A DNA stretch of 64,000 nucleotides. Origin: a virus. Of the stretch, positions 63,759 through 64,000 are shown in pieces. The position numbers and the translations under genes are program-made. Within the stretch, counting starts at the first letter, position 1. Each line of letters starts with the position of its first letter. The notes beneath the pieces are model-generated. The model did not search any database, was not told where the DNA came from, and saw nothing but the letters and a program-made list of their open reading frames with translations. The DNA lies in IMG/VR virus record IMGVR_UViG_3300009103_000003, positions 1 to 64,000 of that record, one strand, 5' to 3'.

Positions 63759-64000
63759 AATAAAAGGATCTCCTCCAGTTAATCGGTGTTAATGCTGTCT
63801 CTATCGCAGCGTGCACCTGTTGCATTGTTAAGTCGTCGGGTGACTTGTCATTGTGGTCCCTATAATTAGCTACACATGTCTCTACTCCCGCCAACTGCTC
63901 ACTAGTTATCCGGTGCGTTGCCTTTCGTCCAGCCGCATCGTTGTCAAGAAACAACACAACACTATTTGCTATTCGAGATAGTAGTGCTTCCTGTTCCCTG
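63751..64000 (-). CDS. dnaG: DNA primase, TOPRIM C-terminal part (5' truncated by the window edge)
   Basis: The frame is open to the window end: REQEALLSRIANSVVLFLDNDAAGRKA...KSPDDL (TOPRIM DxD motif). Confidence 0.85.
   Translation of the reverse strand, partial: REQEALLSRIANSVVLFLDNDAAGRKATHRITSEQLAGVETCVANYRDHNDKSPDDLTMQQVHAAIETALTPINWRRSFYYE

Noticed and set aside
1-64000. Eukaryotic giant virus origin (histone-like and AT-hook proteins) or a bacterial eCIS/T6SS locus
   Set aside because: Shine-Dalgarno sites, coupled operons, a peptidoglycan hydrolase and a sigma factor point to a bacterial host. A linked polymerase/primase/SSB module points to a phage rather than an injection-system locus.

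Overview
The window reads as 64 kb of a large, probably jumbo, contractile-tailed (myovirus-type) dsDNA bacteriophage, with two convergent blocks. Positions 1-51666 (+) hold late/virion genes: a PG-binding+CHAP endolysin, an Hc1-like histone-type protein, a candidate spanin pair, tail-tube-initiator-like and baseplate-hub-like genes, gp25-like, greatly enlarged gpJ-like (2364 aa) and gpI-like (2177 aa) wedge genes, a modular tail fibre and a 2522-aa beta-helix tail spike. Positions 51746-64000 (-) hold replication/recombination genes: primase 3' end, a Zn-rich gp32-like SSB, family A DNA polymerase, N6-adenine MTase, GIY-YIG nuclease, RecA-like, Hjc-like, Cas4-like, UvsY-like, RusA and an AT-hook protein. 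A bidirectional terminator separates the blocks. The most unusual element is a ~10 kb cassette (10.4-20.2 kb) between hub and wedge genes. Seven of its ORFs carry a K-x-A motif near the N-terminus or at module junctions, in most cases ahead of a basic Gly/Ala/Lys-rich region. A sigma-70-family factor with the same leader and a transglutaminase/papain-like Cys peptidase sit inside it. My inference is a set of proteolytically matured, capsid-packaged or ejected proteins that includes an injected sigma factor. Other notable points: a RecA homologue with all main ATPase residues substituted, a 54-nt hairpin just upstream of the polA ribosome-binding site, and two small ORFs missed by the ORF track. 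All family assignments come from motif recognition by eye; no database searches were run. I found no tRNA, rRNA, CRISPR array, intein, integrase or reverse transcriptase.
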